From assembly GCA_009103225.1 (NCBI GenBank), contig RHPI01000810.1, positions 186,001-250,000 on the forward strand: DNA of 64,000 bases, written 5' to 3'. A program made the translations under genes and the position numbers. Source of the DNA: Chlorokybus atmophyticus. Lineage: Eukaryota; Plantae; Mesostigma and Chlorokybus algae. This document shows positions 25,301-38,480 of the stretch, in pieces. The notes below the pieces were generated by a model that had not been told where the DNA came from, did no database searches, and saw only the letters and a program-made list of their open reading frames with translations. The stretch's first letter is position 1. The number at the start of each line of letters is the position of its first letter.

Positions 25301-28300
25301 TACTGAGAGTTGTGTACGAGCGATGAATGCATAAACACACATACGCGCGCCACACAGGTGAGGAGGATGCGAGGCAGTTGCTCGCCTGCGAGCTGGGACC
25401 TGATGCAGCAGCCACACCGCAGGACAAAAACCTTTGGTGCCTGCACGCAGACCTGATATTCATCCATGCACGCCTCGTGCTCGTAAGACAAACACTGATC
25501 GGTGTTGATGTTGTTGTTGTTGTTGTCGTTATTGTCGATTTTGTTGGTGACTATGTGACAAACACAGGCCATTGGGTTGAGAGAGCAGAGGGACAAGACA
25601 GAGACCCGATACCGCCACGCCCTGCAGCAAGTGAGCGCGTGGACTGTTTGTGCTACCGAATTGCATGTTGGGTTTGTTGCAACACCAACCAACATCATGT
25701 GCTCTCCCTCTTTTCGTACAGTGGGAGGTGAGGCAGCGGTCCACGGGCGTGTACGGTCCCGTGACGGATTCCGAGCGTCGCGCAACGGAACGCGCCATCG
25801 AGAAGATCCGCCTTACGCCGCCCGCCATACCCAAAGTTGAGACGCGTCTGCTCGAAGCGTGCGGGAAGAACGGGTACAAGCGGGCGGTGGCTCTGGCGTG
25901 CATCGCTGCAGTGGACAACAACAACAAGGACAACAACACACGCGCCGCCCAGCTCTTCCATGACAGCGCACAGGTATGATAACTTAGGCAACGTCAGGAA
26001 CAGTTGTTGTTGTATGTGTTCCTTGGGTTGTGATGCTGATATCCTCCCAAAAAGGTGCTCAAGGCGTGTGAGGCTGCGGAGGCTCGTTTGCTAGAACAAC
26101 ACGTTGGAGGCAGTGCGTGCGTGCCGAGAGTGGTCACGCGCAGCGACACCTGCATTGCCGTGGTGCTCGACAAAGGTGCAAACACACATGCAAAGGTGGG
26201 AATACTATAGTACCTCTCACGCACGCCATCATGTTGAGAGCTGAGACTGACACAGCGTCTTGTTAGAGTTATGCAGTGTACGCCAAACCCACCGGCAGCG
26301 GCGTGAGCGTGACAGCAAAGAACACCTCTTACAAGGGCACGGGTGGGTCGGGCGTGCCACTCGGGACCGTTATAACAATATCAGGTCTCAACCCCGACGA
26401 GGGCTACATGTTGGCTTCTGGCACATACTCCTCAGAGTCTGACGGTGCAAAGCCAACAATCGGCGAGAGCACCCCCGAGATAGTTGCTCTTCTCCCCTTC
26501 CCGCTAACGTACCTCCGCGCCCGCGTGGCCCTCCTTGCCCGCGGGAGGGCCAACATGGACCCTCTCCTCAGCCGCGCCTTCGCCTCGCCCGTGGCTGCAG
26601 ATGTTGTCACAGTGCCAAAGTACACACTTCTCGACCCGCCGCAGGGCAAAGTGTTGGTAGAGACCAAGTTAAGAGAGGCTCCTGCGGCGGTGCTGAGAGC
26701 AGTGTCTCTGTTGTTCTTGTCTGGTGTCAATGTGTATGATGAGAGTGAAAACAACAAAGAGGGGAGAAAGTGCCAGTTGGCGTGCGTGCGTGAGTGTGAG
26801 AGACTTGCGCTTGCGCTCGAAGCAGCGCGTGCGTTGGGCAGCGACCCGACCACGCAGAGAGCGGCTGCGCTGTTGTTGTATGCTCACGCGCGGGGGCTGC
26901 CTGCTCCCGCTTCAGCGCGCTTCCTTGCCGCCGCGTATGCCGGCAATGCCAACATCAACAACGACAAGGACACCAGCCTTGGGCGCGAGCACGCCATTTT
27001 GGTTTACGAGCTCTTGCGCGCTCTGCGCGCGTGCCGAGGCGGCGTGCGCGACGGCGTGACAACGGCCCTCATCATTAAAGGTGTTGACGCCGGCATCCCC
27101 GAAGCAGAAGCCCTCAAGAAGTACATTCTCGCTACAACAACAACGACAACAGACTCCCCACCCTCAACCACAAACACTCCATCAACCACCACCACCACCA
27201 AGTCTCCATCGCCAGACCCAACCTCTTCCCCCGACCCATACACAACAATCCTCCCACTTTTATCATCCTCACCCTCATCAACCGCCTCGACAACAACAAA
27301 AGCATACGAGTTGCTTGTGTCGCGTTGGCGTGACGACGACGCCGTGCTGGAGCTCCTTGTCCGCATCTGCGACAAGGCACGCGCGGAAGGTGGCGCCGGC
27401 GCGGCTGTGAATATCGTCAAGTGGGGGACGGATGGCGTGAAGCGCTTCGCTGACAGAAGGTGTGGGAATGTGTTCATGTGTTGGGTCGATGGGGATGTGT
27501 TGGTGGTGGTAAGTTGGGGGTGATGGTGAGGTTGTTTGTTGTTGTGTTGTGGCAGTAAGGTGTTGTACAGTGAGAGAGCAAGTGCTCCAACGCCAGATGT
27601 AAAAGGAGGAGCCAAGTCAAGCGCAGCGGGTGGGGCCAAAGCTGCCTCTGCTTCAGTGACAAAGGCGGGAGCAGATACCAAAGACACAAAGGGTGGTGTG
27701 GATGTTGGTGCTGTTGTGTCGGAGGAGGTCACGCGTGATGCCGCAGCGCGTGTGCTTCAGCGTGGTCTGCGTGCTGCATCCGTGCGGCGAAAGCGGGTGC
27801 TGAACGCTCGCGCGTGGGCGAGGAGGCAGCAGCCGTGGGTGTCGCGCCTTCTCGCCATCGTGGGTGTCGCTCACTACGAGGGCGGGACAGCAGACGCCCC
27901 CGCCGCGCTGAGAGCACTCGCGCAGAGCGCCAACACGGCCCTGAGCTGCGGGTCTCACGCTCAGGTGCAGAACGCGTGCAGGTACGTGGCCAACGTCCTC
28001 GTGCGTGCGCGCAAAGGCGGCGTGGAGATGGACAAGAACTGCGCGTTGGCGCTGCGTAACGCCCTTGATTCTCTGCTCGCCATGCTCGAGGCCCGCCGAG
28101 AGAGCGCAAAGTCCACAACAATAGCACCAACGGATGATGCGAGTGATATCGGCTCTGACCGCGACATCCCTGCATGGTTTGAGGACAGACGCGATATCCA
28201 TGTAGCGTGGTGCGCGCACTTCGCTGCCAAAGCACTCGACACGCTGATATCCACCCAAAGATATCGTGACGTCGAGAGGCTCGCGGTGCGCTTCCATTGC

Positions 28301-31300
28301 GTCACGGAGGGCCGCTTCGCCGATATCTTGCTGCCGGCGGCGATATCGGCACAGCGGGCGATTGAGAGCGAAGGTGAATGGCAAAGCGAGTTGCAAAGCT
28401 TTGAGAAAAGTCGCAGCAAATCAGCTCAGGTAGCTGCCACCTGCCGCGCCAGCTGGTTTGCAGCCCTGGATAGATATCAAGCCTACCGTGACACACCCGA
28501 CAACGCCGATATCACCCTCACCAGATGGGCTCAATCCATGGGAAAGGTAGGGAGAATTATATTCAAGCTGTGTGGGTCCGGATTTCCCATGTGTGTGACA
28601 CGTTTACACATGCACACAGGGCATAGTCTCTGCGTGCGAGAGGGAGTACGGCCGTGCGTCCGCCTTCGTCCGCGCTCACAAGGAGGGCGGCGCCGAGGGC
28701 GTGGGTGCTTACCTCCTCGCCGCCCTCTCCGACGAGCAAGGGGACGTCCGTCTCCTCCTCAACCACGCTGAGGCCGACGCCAGCTGGCACGACTGCCTCG
28801 ACGCCTGCACGGGGCAGTACCGCGCTGTACTCAACTGGGAAGAGGTCCGTACATCAGCAAGTACTGTTGGAGGCTTATTGGTCAAACTTGGGGCAAGGCG
28901 ATGCGCACTCGCCGGTATCGCTGCAGCTAAAACTGCTCTCTATGGAGGTGAACAAGCCGCGTGGCCCATCGCAGTGGAGCTCTTAAGCGCCGCCTTCTTC
29001 GAGAAAAGTGTCGAGTTTCCGGTTAAACCCCGCGACTATGACTTGCCTTTACCGATCCCGGCCCGAGGGTTGTTCTTCGAGCACTCGGCGTGGCCCCCGC
29101 CGTTGAGCGCAACAACACTGTATGCAGCCCTCACCCACTGCATACACTCCACCTTGTCCTCCTCCTTCTTGTCCCCATCCTCCTCCTTGTCGGCCCTCCC
29201 GCTCTGCGCTGCGTTGGGTCACCTCGCGCGCCACGTGTTGAAGGATGTCCAGCGTGACATGAGGGCGAAGGCCCTGCGCGCGCGGGCTCTGAGCGCGTGT
29301 GGACGTGTTGCAGAGGGCGCACGCTGCATTGTTGGAGTTATGCAAGGGAGAGACTTGGCAAGTGCGGTCAGCGAGGAGGGCATGTTGTTGGTCAGTAGCA
29401 GTAGCAGTACAGCCACACCATCACCCACGTATGATGCGCGGTTGCCTCCCAGCCACGAGGCAAACCAGCCCTGCGTTGGGTTGATATCGGCAGGTGTGGT
29501 GGATGCTGACTTGGCGACTCGTTACGGCGCGGATGCGATGGCGGAGTTGATTTTGGCTCGCACGACGTTCTTGATGTGTGTCGGTCAGCGTGTGGACCCC
29601 GCGCTTAACCGCAGCGAGGCAGCACCTGCAATTGCGCCTAAAACACCTGCAACACAGAGCAAGCCTGCAGCGAATGCGGCAGTCAACAACACACCAGTTA
29701 GCTCAAACCCGTGGCCACTCTTGGACGCAGCTGCTCAGTTACTCAACCGCGTGCTTGATGACTACGGCCCCAGATCAACCGGCCCCGAAGCCTCAGACAG
29801 CGCTTTGGCGGTGTATTGCGAAGCCACCCGTCAACTAATCTCCATCTTTCAAGCTCAACTGAAGTTCACTCAAGCTCTGGAGCTAACTGAGAAGCTGCAG
29901 CGCCTGCCGAGCTTTGCGGGTCGGTCAAATGACCGCGATCGGCTGCGGTATGCGGAGCTCTGCATTGAAGTCGGTCAGACGAACCGTGCCCGCGAGGTCT
30001 GCGAGAGCGTCCTCAACGCAAACGATGCGCGCAGCGATGCAATTGTTGCATGTGCTGCGCATGCGATGTTGGCACAAATCTGCTTCAATGCGGGAGACTA
30101 CCATGCAGCTGCTAAACAGTTTGATACTGCTACTGCAGCGAATGGTAAGTTGTACACCTTTCATGTCGTACGTGTGTCATCATTACCAAGTGAACCCACT
30201 CACCTATACACCTGTGCTTGCAGGGGATTGTTGTCCCTCTCTGCTCATCGCGAGTGGTGAAGCTCACGAGCACGCGGGAGATACTCTCACAGCGCTTGAA
30301 CGATATCGCGCCGGCATGGAGCGTGCGCGGGCTCATCTCGACACGCATGGCTTTGCTGAGATGCGCGCACACGCAGAGCTGTGCAGCGGCTACATCCACA
30401 CTGTGCCGATAGCTGTCAAGACGTTGTTATGCGCGGCTCACTTGGATGCGGAGCGCGAGTTGGAGCTGTGTTCTGAGGCGAATGAGTTGATTGGATACAC
30501 TGTCCACTGCCCTCTTTGGCTACGATGCTTGGTTAAGCTCACCTTAGGGAAGGCCCAGTTGAAGTCAGGTCGGGTGGGCGAAGCCGAGGAGAGTCTGATA
30601 TCGGCGGTGCAGGCTGCTGTATCAGATGGAGGACACGACTGCGAGGCTCTCCGCGCAGCATACATCGCGCTCGCCGCAATAGCAACGGCGCAGCGCAACC
30701 ACAACAGAGCTCTGGTCTGTCTGCAAACCGCTGCGCGGTTAGCTGCCATGCGAGTGGCACTGGAGCGAGAGAGCTCTAACCTGACTGTGGTTAACTTGAC
30801 CGGGGTCCCGAGCTTCATCGCACAGGAGGCCTCTGCTGCCGGCAGCAACGCTGGACAAATACTCTATACTCAGCTCGGTCACTTGCACAGATTGAAAGGC
30901 CGCAGTGTCATCCACGACTCCACTCGGACCCGCATTCCGCTCCTGCACGGCTTCCTAAAGACTGCTTCACCGAACTACACGAAGCAATGCTGCATGGAAG
31001 TGGCTGCAGACTTACCTGGGGATGATGCCGCGAGTTCTGTCGCTCCCGGGACAATTATTGCGCAATGGGAGGACGGCGACATAGCCACTGGTGTTGCTCA
31101 AAGGAGGCTGATATTCGTCATCGGCACCAACGCAATGCCCACAAGTGGACAGCGCACGTACCCTGTGAGCACAATGAAGCACCTCTCTACGGTTGCAGCG
31201 AAAGCGTGTGCGAGCATTGAGAGTTTCACGCCCGAGGCCGTAAATGAAGCAAGGCTCTACGCAGCGCAGTGCCTTAGCAAAGGACACCTGAGCTCTCCTG

Positions 31301-31479
31301 AGCGCGACTGGCGGACGAGCGCGATATTGGCTCAGGAGAAGGAGAATTGGATGGCTGGTGACGCCATGCTGAGCACAACGCACTGGCGCTTGCTTGAAGC
31401 CTTGGTTGATACTCAGAAGGGGCTTGACTGCACCGATGTAGGGTTGGCGCAGTGGCTGTCGTCAGTGCTGACAACTTGA
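22356..31479 (+). CDS. CFAP54: Cilia- and flagella-associated protein 54 (central-pair C1d projection)
   Basis: Very long gene with large exons. The N-terminal segment GESLYWLAHDGAVLSC..EVMEYLLWASYALLETRPVL..FVKVHVRVASAVCHAY resembles the CFAP54 N-terminal domain. Also YAKPTGSGVSVTAKNTSYKGTG and TISGLNPDEGYMLA..IGESTPEIVALLPFP, followed by TPR-like helical repeats. Stop TGA at 31477-31479. Confidence 0.8.
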
Positions 31480-31867
31480 TTCAGGCAGAAACTCAGTGCG
31501 TTGTATAGTTTATGTATGTAAGTCTTGGGCGCAAATCATGACATGTACGTATTCTGGTTGTGCACAAACTCACAACACTTCATGAAGAGAGCACCACCAG
31601 CATCACGCACAACAGTGCATGCACAGCCTGCCGTCGTTTGGCTTTGCTTCTGCTTTCACTTCACATCGCTTTACCTTGGCAGTATCATGTATATGTAAAC
31701 TGTGTGATGCGCATTACCTCAACACTTACACTTATGCAAAGACATATCTGGATCCAGTTGCCTGGGCAGCTGTAGCATACATGACACACGAGCCATGTGC
31801 CAAATAGCAGGCATAAAGCACACAGCAGTGCAGACAACCGTGGGCTTTGCAACTTTTTCCATCAGGC

Positions 31868-34207
31868 CTATGCCAACACCTTCGTGGACTTGAGGTACAA
31901 ACTGTCCACAACCTGGCTCATGTTGCCAATAGTGTCTAGGGCGGCGGGGTAGATGCTGTCCGGCCGCACCTCATCGAAAACAATGAGGTTCCCCGCGCCC
32001 TGATCCAGCGTGCCCTTGAACTTCTGATCCAAGATCATCTGCGACAGCTTGTCCTCCACCGTCTCCAGCGGAAGCCCGATGAGAGACGCAACGTGAGTGA
32101 TCTCAACCCTTGAAAACGGCTCGATGATGCGTATTAAGTTCTGCAAGGAGACGACAAACCCGCTCAGTAAAGCAACAAGCATCAAGACCACAACCCAACA
32201 ATGTGGTGTGGTGTAATGGCAGTGCGCTATGAAGCATCATTCACCTGTTCCAACAGATTGCCATAAAGCTCGGATAGGTGAGAGTGAATGATGGGATCAT
32301 TCGCAAGCTGGTCTTTGTGCGTTGCAAGTGCTTTCTCCAGCTCCTTCAGCGAGCGATCGTGGTATGCTGAAGCGATGGCTCGCATGGCCTCCACCTCCGG
32401 CCCGCTGTACTTGAGACTGGCCTTGGAGTTGACAATGGTACTAACGTCCTCAGCCTGCACACAGACACCACTATTCAGTTACAACACCACGGCCATGTCG
32501 TGGGACTAGATGCTTGTATGTTCGTAACCAACCTGGTTGGTCATGACTTTGCACAGCAGCATGTACTTCAAAGCCAAGACAGCCTTCGGGTCTTCCAGGT
32601 TGTTGAACTGCTCAAAGGCCTCAAAGAAGTACGAATACGCCGTCTTGTAGTCCTTCTCTTCTGCATGCAACACTCCCGACTGCAAGCGCAACATTGGGTG
32701 TAGGTACCACGGCCTTGCTGAGAAAAACATGTGTAAGCATCAACTCCGCCGCTTACTTGCAAGTCTATCTGGCCTTGCTGTGCGGGAGGCACATAGATGG
32801 CATTGGCAGCGGTGCGGGCGGCAGTCAATGCAGCCTTGGCCTTAGGGAGGTTTCTGAGCGCGTGGTGGACGCGCGACTCGATCAAGTGTATGTCCACCAG
32901 CAGCAGCTTGTCGTCAAGCCTCTTGACCTCGCGCAGCAGAGAGCTTATCAAGGTGAGCGCGGCTGTAAACTCCTTTGTTTCCAACAACAGCGATGCCAAC
33001 CGCGCCTCAACTCGTTGCCGCAGAAACGTGCGCTTCTCTTGCCTTGTCCACTCTACCTACAGACAAACATGACACATCACTTCTATTTCAAGTCTCGGTC
33101 GATTAGCAATTTGCAAGGCAGGTATAGCAAAGGTCCAAGTAACGTGTGTTACATGCCTGTTCTCGGCAAAGGTCCACTTGAAGCTGCGTTGTGTTGGGTA
33201 CTTTGGCGACAAGGTCTATAAACGTCCTCACTAGCTTTGCGGTCTTGGCCTTGGGGATCAGCGCGAAGTACGGCCTTATCTCTGTCAACAAGGCGCGCAA
33301 CTCCTGCGCTTTACCCTGCTTTGCCAGCAGCTCCCCACAGTGCGTAATCGCCTGTTCCTTGACCTGTAAATGCATGACGTAATCTCAAATGTCGAGCACT
33401 GTAACCTCATCATGCTGAGGCTAATGCTGCCATCATCTGCATGCGCCATATTATAGCACCAAGTCTACCATAGACAACAATCACAGGTGAATACTGCAAA
33501 CGGTACATGCAAGTGCCGCTGCGTTAGTCTTTGGCAGCTTACGTATGTGTGATGAGACATGAGTTCATTCCCTAATGTGCACTGCCTTAGGACACTCAGT
33601 TGCTGATGGAGCGAGCGCGAACCAACCTTTAGCTTGTTCCTTAGCTTGTTTTGTGAGCTGCTTCCGCTGGCATACCACTTGAGCACACACAACGTACAAT
33701 GGTAACGTCTGATGAAACAATCTGCATCCCGTCCGTTGTCGCACACACTCCAATGCTTAATTTGATACGACTTGAGTAAGCTGCCTTAAAATCAAGCTGG
33801 TTATGCTCAGTGCTCTACTTTGGACTGAGCATAATCAAGCAACAAACAAATCAACTCCAACTGTCTGTTTGTGTCATCACACTCCCCCAGAGTTTAGTTT
33901 GATCGCACAGCCTACCGGCAGGTGAGCATGCACAAATATCACCAAGAAATCCATAACACCCTCCAAGACTGGGCTTTCTCTGTGACCCGACATGCAGTAA
34001 CGACTGAGTGTTCACATAATATCAACACATTCGCCTGAGCATGACCACATGCGCCTGCTTACAAACCTTGAGGGCTTCAGGGTCGGTGGCGGGGCTGTGA
34101 ATGACATCTCTGTACAGCTTGATGGCCTCATCCGGCCTGACTTCGGCCACCTCTCCGGCCTGCCCCACCTTCTCCGCCAAATCCATGCTGCTTGAAGCAG
34201 CTGCCAT
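31868..34207 (-). CDS. RPN6: 26S proteasome lid subunit RPN6/PSMD11 (PCI domain)
   Basis: [153 protein letters not shown]. Confidence 0.97.
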
Positions 34208-34523
34208 CAAGCTGTGCCCTTACAGCTTACAGATTGAATATTTTCCTCAACCCAAGCCTCCAACTGCACCGTAAACGCTGCCAACGAAGCCGACGACGCC
34301 CACAACACCCTCAGCAACACCGACGACCTCGCCGCCCGCCAACCCTAATTAGTTAGCTTTGTCGACTGACACCGTCAACACCGACTGTCGATGGTTTGAG
34401 CCGGATCCGGTTCATAAACCTACTCGGACGGAGCGAGTTTGAACGATTGCGATCAAGCTCTTGCACTTGGCGCCATTGTCGCTGGTGTGGCTGGCGAGGT
34501 GGGCGTTGTCGCCTCTGACGGCG

Positions 34524-36750
34524 ATGGCGGCTGCCGTGCATGCCACCATCTCTGTGCGTTCGTTGCACGACAGGCGCCGGCATGGCCACCCACTGCTGCA
34601 GCAACCAGACCCACGCCTCCAACGTCATCATGTGCGCTATTGTTACGGCTGTTGCCATTGCCATTGCTGTTGTTGTTGTTGTCATTGTCGTTGTCGTCGC
34701 CGTCGTCGTGGTCATCGTCATTGTTGTCGTTGTTCTGAATTTGTAGGATTCATGCACGCATGCTTTCATTCTCTCTTTACATCAGCAATCCCAGTGGCCG
34801 GCCGGTCAAGCATGGCTTCCCGCATGCATTGCACCGACAGGACAGCACACAAGCACATATTGCACTGCCAAGCATGCCCAACACACTGGCGCAGGCTCAC
34901 CCAAATGCTCGAGTATCATCTTGGAGACCAGCTGTCATCGCTTCCACTTCTCATCAACAGCAGCAACACAACAACACTCTGGCCCACTACACCAGCAGCA
35001 GGCCCCTGCGCATAATGGTGAGAGTGCTATCACAAACCAGTATATTAGACTTTGGGTTAGGATCGAGTTGTGTGTTCATATGTGTGCCACAAACTTACAA
35101 CACAGTGCATACGCACAGATCAGCACCGGTGACGTGATGGGAGACATCCACGCGGCGGCGCTCGTGCGCTCCCTGCTGGCATTGTGCGAGCGGGATGGCA
35201 CTCCTGTCGACATAGTCGCCCTCAGCGGGAGGCGCACGCAAGAGGCCGGCGCCAAGCTGATAGGTGAGAGTGTGAGTGTGTGTGCATGTGTGCACGTGTG
35301 CGCATGCGTGTGTGCGCGCGTGGTATGGATAAATGCTGAGGTGGTGAGTGGTGTTGTTTTTAGGTGATATTACGGGACTAAGCAGCATTGGCCTGGCGGA
35401 AGCGCTGCCGCTGGTGCTGCCGAGCCTTCTGCTGCAGAGACGCGTGCGAGCCTTCCTCAAAGAACACCCCCCAGACATTGTTGTGAGTACGTGAGTACAT
35501 TGCTGCTGCTGCTGTTTCTGTTTCTGTTGTTGCTGTTGTTTTGACGATGGCCATTAACAACATGAGTACAGGTACTGATAGACTATCCGGGCGTGAACAT
35601 CCCGTTTGGTCAGTACCTCAAGCGTGAGTACAACATGCCGTTGGTGTACTACATCCCGCCAAACGAGTGGGTGTGGACGTCTTCGCGCACGCCTGCCATC
35701 TGCGCCATGAGCGACATCGTGCTCGCGGTCTACCCCGGCGAAGCCACGTACTTCACCGACAACGGCGCGCGCGTGGCGTTCGTCGGACACCCTTTGGTTG
35801 ACACTGTTGACAGTAAACGAGTTACTCGCACGGAAGCGAGGGCCATGTTGGGTTTGAGCTCGTCAGCAATTGTTGTCGCCCTCTTGCCGGCTTCACGCAC
35901 ACAAGAGATCAAACACGTGTGGCCCATTGTCGCCACTGCTGCTAGACTGTTATGCGAAAGGCTACGCGCAAACAACCCAATGTGAGTGCATTATGTTGCT
36001 CAGTCTGTCATCAAGTTGTCTTACGGGGTTTGTTGGTGCATGTTCGGTTCACAACGAGGCATGGTTTACCCAACATGTGTGTGTAATGTTGGTATGTGTT
36101 GCAGTGTGGACGTGCGGGTGGTGTTATCTGTTACGATGCCAGCGCACAGGGATGCGCTTGAGCGCGGCGCAGCAGCGGCGGGGTTGGACGGACTCGTTGT
36201 CTGGGAGGGGGACCCATACGTGGTCATGGCGGCCGCGGACGTCGCCATTGCCAAGACGGGTAGCGTCAACGTTGAGCTCGCACTCATGAAGGTGCAAGGT
36301 GTTGCCTACGGGTTGATGAGCAATGGCATGCGTGTAAACGTCACCTGTATTGTGCTGCAGGTCCCGCAAGTGACTGTTTATCGGTTGGGTGCGGTGACAG
36401 CATGGGTTGCGCGCAACGTGGTCAAGTTGAACGTGAGGCACTTTTCCCTCGTCAATCTCATCTTGGGAGAAGAGGTGGGACATGCACAACAGTGATAACA
36501 ACTTTGTTGATGATTGAACTAACGCCCTGTGCTTTGTGTGCAGCTTCTGCCCGAGTTTGTGCAAGAAGCAGCTGTGCCAGAGGCCATAGCAGCAGCTGCA
36601 TTGCGTTCAATTCAAGACTGCGCATTCCGCGAGCGCATGGTTGACGGATATGATAGGTTGAGGACCCTGCTTGGCAGTGAGGGGGCGCCCATGCGCGCTG
36701 CGGAACACACTCTGGAATTGTTGAAGGGCAGCACAGTGACTATGCGATAA
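34524..36750 (+). CDS. lpxB: Lipid-A-disaccharide synthase LpxB (GT19) with N-terminal extension; start codon uncertain
   Basis: RPLRIM-ISTGDVMGDIHAAALV, SSIGLAEALP, PDIVVLIDYPGVN, YYIPPNEWVW, FVGHPLVD, VALLPASRTQEI, AADVAIAKTGSVNVELALMKVPQVTVYR, FSLVNLILGEELLPEFVQE. Stop TAA at 36748-36750. The conserved core starts near 34995. Confidence 0.92.
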
Positions 36751-36859
36751 CACAGTGTTGATGCTTAAGCAGTGTGTACAAATGCATAGGGGGATGCGCA
36801 CATGCATCTCAACTACATGCACCATACAAAGCATATAACAACATAGGCACTTACCAATC

Positions 36860-37215
36860 TCACCACCGGGCTACTTCACAGTCGAGTCTACTCACAACTT
36901 AACCCAACCTCTATCACTACACCCATCCCCGTCAGTCAGTCATGCATGCAGACGTAGTAGTCAATGCACATTTTACCTGCAGCAAGCGCGGGTAGCAGCG
37001 TTAGCAATGGCATTTGCGTCAAGCAGTACTTGAACACGTCGTGTTGCGCATTGCTTGTACATGCTGCTTCGGCAAGGATTGGACTGCTGATCAATGGCCG
37101 CGGTGCAGGTGATGGCACCAGGATGCATGCCTGCATGTGTAACGGGGTTTGGGCAAGTAGTGAAGGTAGGTAGGTAGTCGTTGGACAGCCCGGTGGTGAA
37201 TATACGTTGTTGTGT
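36860..37215. repeat. Two oppositely oriented copies of the same dispersed repeat family
   Basis: CACCACCGGGCTAC at 36861-36874 (identical to 2316-2329) followed by CCCCG..CATGCATGCA. The inverted copy reads TGCATGTGTAACGGGG...AGCCCGGTGGTG and ends at 37198. Confidence 0.5.
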
Positions 37216-38480
37216 TGCTGGCATTGCATGCGTGACATGTTTGTTGTTGGTGTGATACCTTGCATGCACTCATAGTACACACACACACATAGTAGCTTAG
37301 CCTTTATATATACATACCTATTGCGTGCTTTGTTTGGTTGACCTAGTTGGCAATCTCATGACTGCAACGGATACTTTGTGGCACAGGCATTGCCTGCAGC
37401 CGTTGTGTACAGATCTTTGCAGGGTCGCACTGGTACTTGAGACGCTGGCGGCGCCATTGCCAAGCGGGGGGTCTGGTCCACTGGTCAAATCCTGGTCGGT
37501 CGGGTCTAACCTCTTCCTCCGCCACTCTCCTGTGCTACGCAGGTAGCTAAGCTGCTGCTCCTTGCTCAAGCCATCCACCTTTGCACATACCACTGCACGC
37601 ACATAGGGTCCAGCCCCCCATAGTGTAGTTGTGTAAGTTGCGCTTGGTTGTGCGGGTTTGTGCTTGGCTTGTGGCCGTTTATTCAGTTTTGCTGTGCGGT
37701 GTGATGCTATGCCTTGTCTACTAATGGCCCCAAATGCTCTACCATGTACAACAGCATGCAATGTTTGACAGCCTCTCCCCATCATCTCCTTCTCCCCCAC
37801 ACCCTCTTCTCCTCTCTTACTCTCTCACCCCTCCTCTCTCAAACACTAATATCTCAACAGAGCGTAAGGCAATCAGTTCGTGTCCATGCCTAACATCCCT
37901 CCTCTCTGTCGCTCTTGCTGCGCTAGGGGTGCGTTGGGAGCGCCTGTGCTGGAAGGAAGAATCATACGTTGCAAGGCATTCACCATGATGTATATCATTA
38001 GCAACAAAGCAACGTGCGCCAATTCATCAAAGCCACAGTCTCAGGCCTTCAGCACAGAAAGTTCAATAATGACAACATGTGGGCTGGCACAAGCTCCTAC
38101 CTAACAACCAATGCAAACCACTACCATGGTGTAGATGGTGTGCATGACAGCACGATGTTCTACTGTTCTAAACAATATGAGGGCTGCATCAAAGCAGCCG
38201 GTTGCCACCACATGCTGGCCTTCACTCTACACAACGGATGTACACAAACTGTTTCCAACACTAACTACACCAGCCTTGGACTGGAAACTGTACACAATGC
38301 AATGTAAACTGACCAAGCTACCCAACACACCTTTACAACGCCACAGCGATGCGATACAATGCATATTGCATCGTGACGGCTCATGCAAGTAACGATATAC
38401 GCAACGCCAGGAAGTGCGTTTTGACACGACTCTCGCAATCAATGCAGGAGCCTTCACAAATGAAGTCAACTTCACAGGGA

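Noticed and set aside
14503-31474. Long antisense and alternative-frame ORFs over CCDC39, the LRR gene and CFAP54
   Set aside because: These are shadows of GC-rich, stop-poor coding sequence and have low-complexity translations.
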